This document shows, piece after piece, positions 61,147 through 64,000 of a stretch of 64,000 nt of DNA. Source of the stretch: Deltaproteobacteria bacterium (lineage in GTDB: Bacteria > Myxococcota_A > Polyangia > Nannocystales > Nannocystaceae); assembly GCA_016712475.1 (NCBI GenBank), contig JADJRA010000001.1:1477414-1541413 (forward strand). The letters run 5' to 3'. The notes under the pieces are model-generated. The model was not told the origin of the DNA, ran no database searches, and saw only the letters and a list, made by a program, of their open reading frames with translations. The position numbers and the translations under genes are program-made. Position 1 is the first letter of the stretch, and each line of letters starts with the position of its first letter.

Positions 61147-63672
61147 GTGGCGGTGGACAACAAGCTGATGGGTACCTGTCTTGTGTTTGCGATGGTGGCT
61201 GCGTGCGACGACCCGGGCGACGCTGGCGGCGATACCGGCGAGGTCGACGCGCGCGCAGGCCACCATGCACAGGGGCAGGTGTGCGAGCCAATCGACCTCG
61301 ATCCGCGTCGTGCGATCTTCGAGACCAACGTCGCAGTGCTCGAGCCGTTCACGCTGCGGGCGGTGCTCCACCACGCGGCCAAGAACGCCGGCTATCGGGT
61401 CGATGCCGATGACGCCTACCAGCGCCTGATCGACACCTACGCAACCGCGGCGCAGGGTCGCTTCGATGGGCAACACTGCGACGACGAGCAGCCCGATCCA
61501 TCGTTCACCGATCCGAACCTGCCGTGCGGCCTGCTGGGCTGCGATCAGGAGTTCTTCTGCGCCGCCCACGAACCCGCGTGCTTCTCGTGCGCGGCCGACG
61601 GGCATGCGTGTCAGCCCAGCACCGGCCTCGACCCCGGGGTGCACGAGGTGTGCGGGTTCGGACCCGACGGGCTGGAGCTGTGCAGCTTCGACGGACGTCA
61701 GGTGACCGACTGCGTACCAGCGCCCGAGGGTGCGTGCGACGACGCAGGCTGCGACTCGCTGGGCTGCGATGCAGTGACGCTGTGCGACACGAGCTTCGAG
61801 CTGTGCATCACGTGCACGGCCGAGCTCGACCAGTGCCGAGTCGATCAGGGCGTCACGGACGAGCCCGTCGAGACGGTCTGCCGCGACGTCGACGCGTGCC
61901 AGTTCGACGTCGATGCCGGCACGGTCTCGGGCTGCGAGCCCGACCCCGCGTGCGAGCAGGCGCAGTGCGGCGCGCTCGGCTGCGATCAGCAGTTCTTCTG
62001 CACCACCGACTTCAACTTCTGCTTCGCGTGCAGCGAAGACCTCTTGCAGTGCGAGCTCGACGGGCAGGCCGTGCCGTCGCCCTCGCAGGTGTGCAACTTC
62101 TCGACGAACGAGGTGTGCGAGTTCTCGGACGGCACCGTCGGATCGTGCGCCACCGACACCGAGGGCCTGTGCTTCGGTGGCGGCGGTGGCGAGGGCGGGA
62201 CGACCGACGCGAGCGACACGTTCACGAGCTTCGGCTTCATCTCCGATGGCGAGGCCGGGGGCTCGGAGGTCGGCAGCGAGGTCGGCGGCGACTTCACCGG
62301 CACAGGCGGTGTAGAGGGCAGCGCCTCGGCCACCGCGACCGGTCCCGGCGACGGCTCGGCCACCGCGACGAGCGACGGCGGCAGCTTCGGTGACGGCACG
62401 AGCTTCGGCAGCACCACCACCTTCGGCGACGGCGGCAACGACGGCGGCGGCGCGGGATTCGGAGCGATCGACGGCTACCCGCTCGAGTGCCCGCGCGCCG
62501 AGGCCGACCAGATCGACAACATCGACGCGTGGTTTCCGATCTCGATCAGCAACCGCTTCGACCACGCGCCCGAGGACGGCGCCAACTGTGGCCAGCAGCG
62601 CATCGTATTCGCCAACAACGCGCAGAATCGCATGTTCATGATCTTCGAGGCGGTGATCCCCAACCCGAACCCGGGCTGTGGCATCGAGGCGTGTCGCCCC
62701 GTGGTCGAGTTCTGGGCCAAGATGAACGACATCACCGACGTCGATGTGCGACGGCGGCAGCTGAAGAAGGCGTTCCTCACCGGCCACCCGAAGCTCGAGG
62801 CCGCTGGCTTCGGACCGTTCATCGACGCGCGCAACTTCGCGTTCGGCACCGGCCAGGTGCGGACGAACAACTTCGATCAGGGCCCATGGACCCTGCGCGA
62901 GTACAAGCTGGTCGAGCAGCCACGACCAGGCAAGAAGTCGCTGATGCACGCGGCGCAGGTGCCGGTGACGTACAGCCCGATCGGCGATCACTTCAATGAC
63001 GCGCTCGAGACCCCGCTCGGGCCCGAGTGTCGCGAGAGCTTCCTGGTCGCGATGGAGGGCCTGCTCACCGATGAACCCGACGCGATGAGCTTCCCGATCG
63101 ACCCGATGTGTCGCGCCGCCGAGAGCCGTGACGACGGCGTATCGGACTTCGCCCAGCAGCTGGTGCTCGGCACCGGTGCGTTCGAAGCGGCCATCGAGGC
63201 CCGCCTCGACGAGCTCGGGTCGCCACTGACGGCGATCGACATCGCGCAGCGGGCCCACTTCGCGGGCGCCTGCATCGGCTGCCACGAGCAGAGCAACGGC
63301 GCCGATCTCGGCAACGGCGTGGTCGCGCCGTTCTCGGCCGGCTTCACCCACAGCGTCGAGTTCTTCACCGAGGAGTGCTTCGACGGCGAGCAGTGCTTCG
63401 CGATCTCGGACGCACTGACGTCGAGCTTCCTGCCCCATCGCAAGGCGGTGATGGAGTCGTTCCTCGCGCAGACGCCGTGCCAGGGCCAGTGCTCGTACGA
63501 GCTCGAGTACGGGCCCACCAGCGAGCTCGTCGCCGGACCGATCGACGTGCGCCGCGCACTGACGCGCGACGGGCGACTCGACGTGCAGCGAATGCTCGAG
63601 CTCGAACGACGCACGCGTGCGGCCGGGGCCCAGCGCACGCTCGGCGGGCAGTCGACGCGCAGCGGCCACTAG
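61147..63672 (+). CDS. large Cys-rich secreted lipoprotein with Gly/Ser/Thr linker and C-terminal domain containing one CxxCH
   Basis: GTG at 61147 preceded by AAGGAGG (5-nt spacer) gives (M)AVDNKLMGTCLVFAMVAAC lipobox. ATG alternative at 61168. N-terminal ~330 aa contain >40 Cys in CxxC-like arrays. ~110-aa G/S/T/D linker. C-terminal domain has ACIGCHEQ. Confidence 0.65.
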   Translation: MAVDNKLMGTCLVFAMVAACDDPGDAGGDTGEVDARAGHHAQGQVCEPIDLDPRRAIFETNVAVLEPFTLRAVLHHAAKNAGYRVDADDAYQRLIDTYATAAQGRFDGQHCDDEQPDPSFTDPNLPCGLLGCDQEFFCAAHEPACFSCAADGHACQPSTGLDPGVHEVCGFGPDGLELCSFDGRQVTDCVPAPEGACDDAGCDSLGCDAVTLCDTSFELCITCTAELDQCRVDQGVTDEPVETVCRDVDACQFDVDAGTVSGCEPDPACEQAQCGALGCDQQFFCTTDFNFCFACSEDLLQCELDGQAVPSPSQVCNFSTNEVCEFSDGTVGSCATDTEGLCFGGGGGEGGTTDASDTFTSFGFISDGEAGGSEVGSEVGGDFTGTGGVEGSASATATGPGDGSATATSDGGSFGDGTSFGSTTTFGDGGNDGGGAGFGAIDGYPLECPRAEADQIDNIDAWFPISISNRFDHAPEDGANCGQQRIVFANNAQNRMFMIFEAVIPNPNPGCGIEACRPVVEFWAKMNDITDVDVRRRQLKKAFLTGHPKLEAAGFGPFIDARNFAFGTGQVRTNNFDQGPWTLREYKLVEQPRPGKKSLMHAAQVPVTYSPIGDHFNDALETPLGPECRESFLVAMEGLLTDEPDAMSFPIDPMCRAAESRDDGVSDFAQQLVLGTGAFEAAIEARLDELGSPLTAIDIAQRAHFAGACIGCHEQSNGADLGNGVVAPFSAGFTHSVEFFTEECFDGEQCFAISDALTSSFLPHRKAVMESFLAQTPCQGQCSYELEYGPTSELVAGPIDVRRALTRDGRLDVQRMLELERRTRAAGAQRTLGGQSTRSGH

Positions 63673-63805
63673 CAGCCGGCGTGCGGGCCTGGACTCGCCA
63701 GCGCAGCACGCGTGGCACGTCGGGGGGACGGAGGCTCGCAAGGGCCCCGACCTCCGGACGTGCGCCGCCATGGGGCACGCCCACCTGCTAGGCTGCGCAG
63801 CACCG

Positions 63806-64000
63806 ATGTCCGGAGACCCATCGTTGCGATGTCGCTGCGGCTCTGTGCGGGGCCGCGTGATCGAGCTGTCACCCGCGAGTTGCTCGCGCGTGGTGTGCTA
63901 CTGCCGAGACTGTCGCGCGTACCTGCGGTGGCTCGGCGCCGACGCACTGCTCGATGCCTACGGCGGCACCGAGATCATCCAGCTCGCGCCGCGTCAGCTG
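63806..64000 (+). CDS. GFA-family (glutathione-dependent formaldehyde-activating / CENP-V-like) protein, N-terminal part
   Basis: MSGDPSLRCRCGSVRG...CSRVVCYCRDCRAYL is the Cys pattern of the GFA zinc-binding domain. Runs off the window end. Confidence 0.45.
   Translation, partial: MSGDPSLRCRCGSVRGRVIELSPASCSRVVCYCRDCRAYLRWLGADALLDAYGGTEIIQLAPRQL

Noticed and set aside
63240-63260. Calling the 61147..63672 protein a c-type cytochrome because of ACIGCH
   Set aside because: There is a single CxxCH in a protein with more than 50 cysteines. Chance occurrence cannot be excluded, so it is reported only as an observation.
61018-63771. 917-aa minus-strand ORF
   Set aside because: Antisense to the Cys-rich lipoprotein gene, which has an SD, a lipobox and domain structure. 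The minus frame is Arg/Ala/Gly-rich.

Overview
This is a very GC-rich (~70%) window with strong GC3 codon bias. It looks like one chromosomal stretch from a myxobacterium-like organism (Myxococcota/Deltaproteobacteria). Several gene families typical of that group recur: three eukaryotic-like Ser/Thr kinases fused to TPR domains, ECF/sigma-70 regulators with anti-sigma partners, a DUF1592/DUF1552 pair, many lipoproteins, and Cys-rich repeat proteins. I call about 50 protein genes, one tRNA-Asp and one clean rho-independent terminator. I see no CRISPR array, rRNA or obvious mobile element. Long Arg/Ala-rich ORFs on opposite frames are GC artefacts and were ignored. Many real genes are translationally coupled through 4-nt ATGA/GTGA overlaps. 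Beyond routine metabolism (catalase HPII, aspartokinase, glycogen-debranching enzyme, AsnB, an HDAC-like deacetylase), a few things stand out. The most interesting is a tight four-gene minus-strand operon at 32469..37791. It opens with a 53-aa ORF that has a textbook double-glycine leader (LTLEQLTQIKGG) and a strong Shine-Dalgarno. A perfect 10-bp hairpin follows, then a TPR protein, a 730-aa protein ending in a 2OG-Fe(II)-oxygenase-like domain, and a JmjC/cupin-4 hydroxylase. I propose this as an undescribed RiPP-like system in which a peptide is hydroxylated. A SelW-like selenoprotein gene at 21681..21926 has an in-frame UGA followed by a SECIS-like hairpin. It does not appear as a complete ORF in the six-frame track; only its post-UGA 62-aa tail is listed. 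An AsnB paralog with a degenerate glutaminase domain is coupled to a hypothetical protein carrying a possible transglutaminase-like GxCxxA motif. An envelope locus (52818..63672) runs kinase, UbiA prenyltransferase, two large polytopic membrane proteins, then Cys-rich secreted proteins. A convergent module (27121..32512) encodes methyltransferase, GT2, F390-synthetase-like and AsnB. Start codons in this GC range are often uncertain and are flagged where so.
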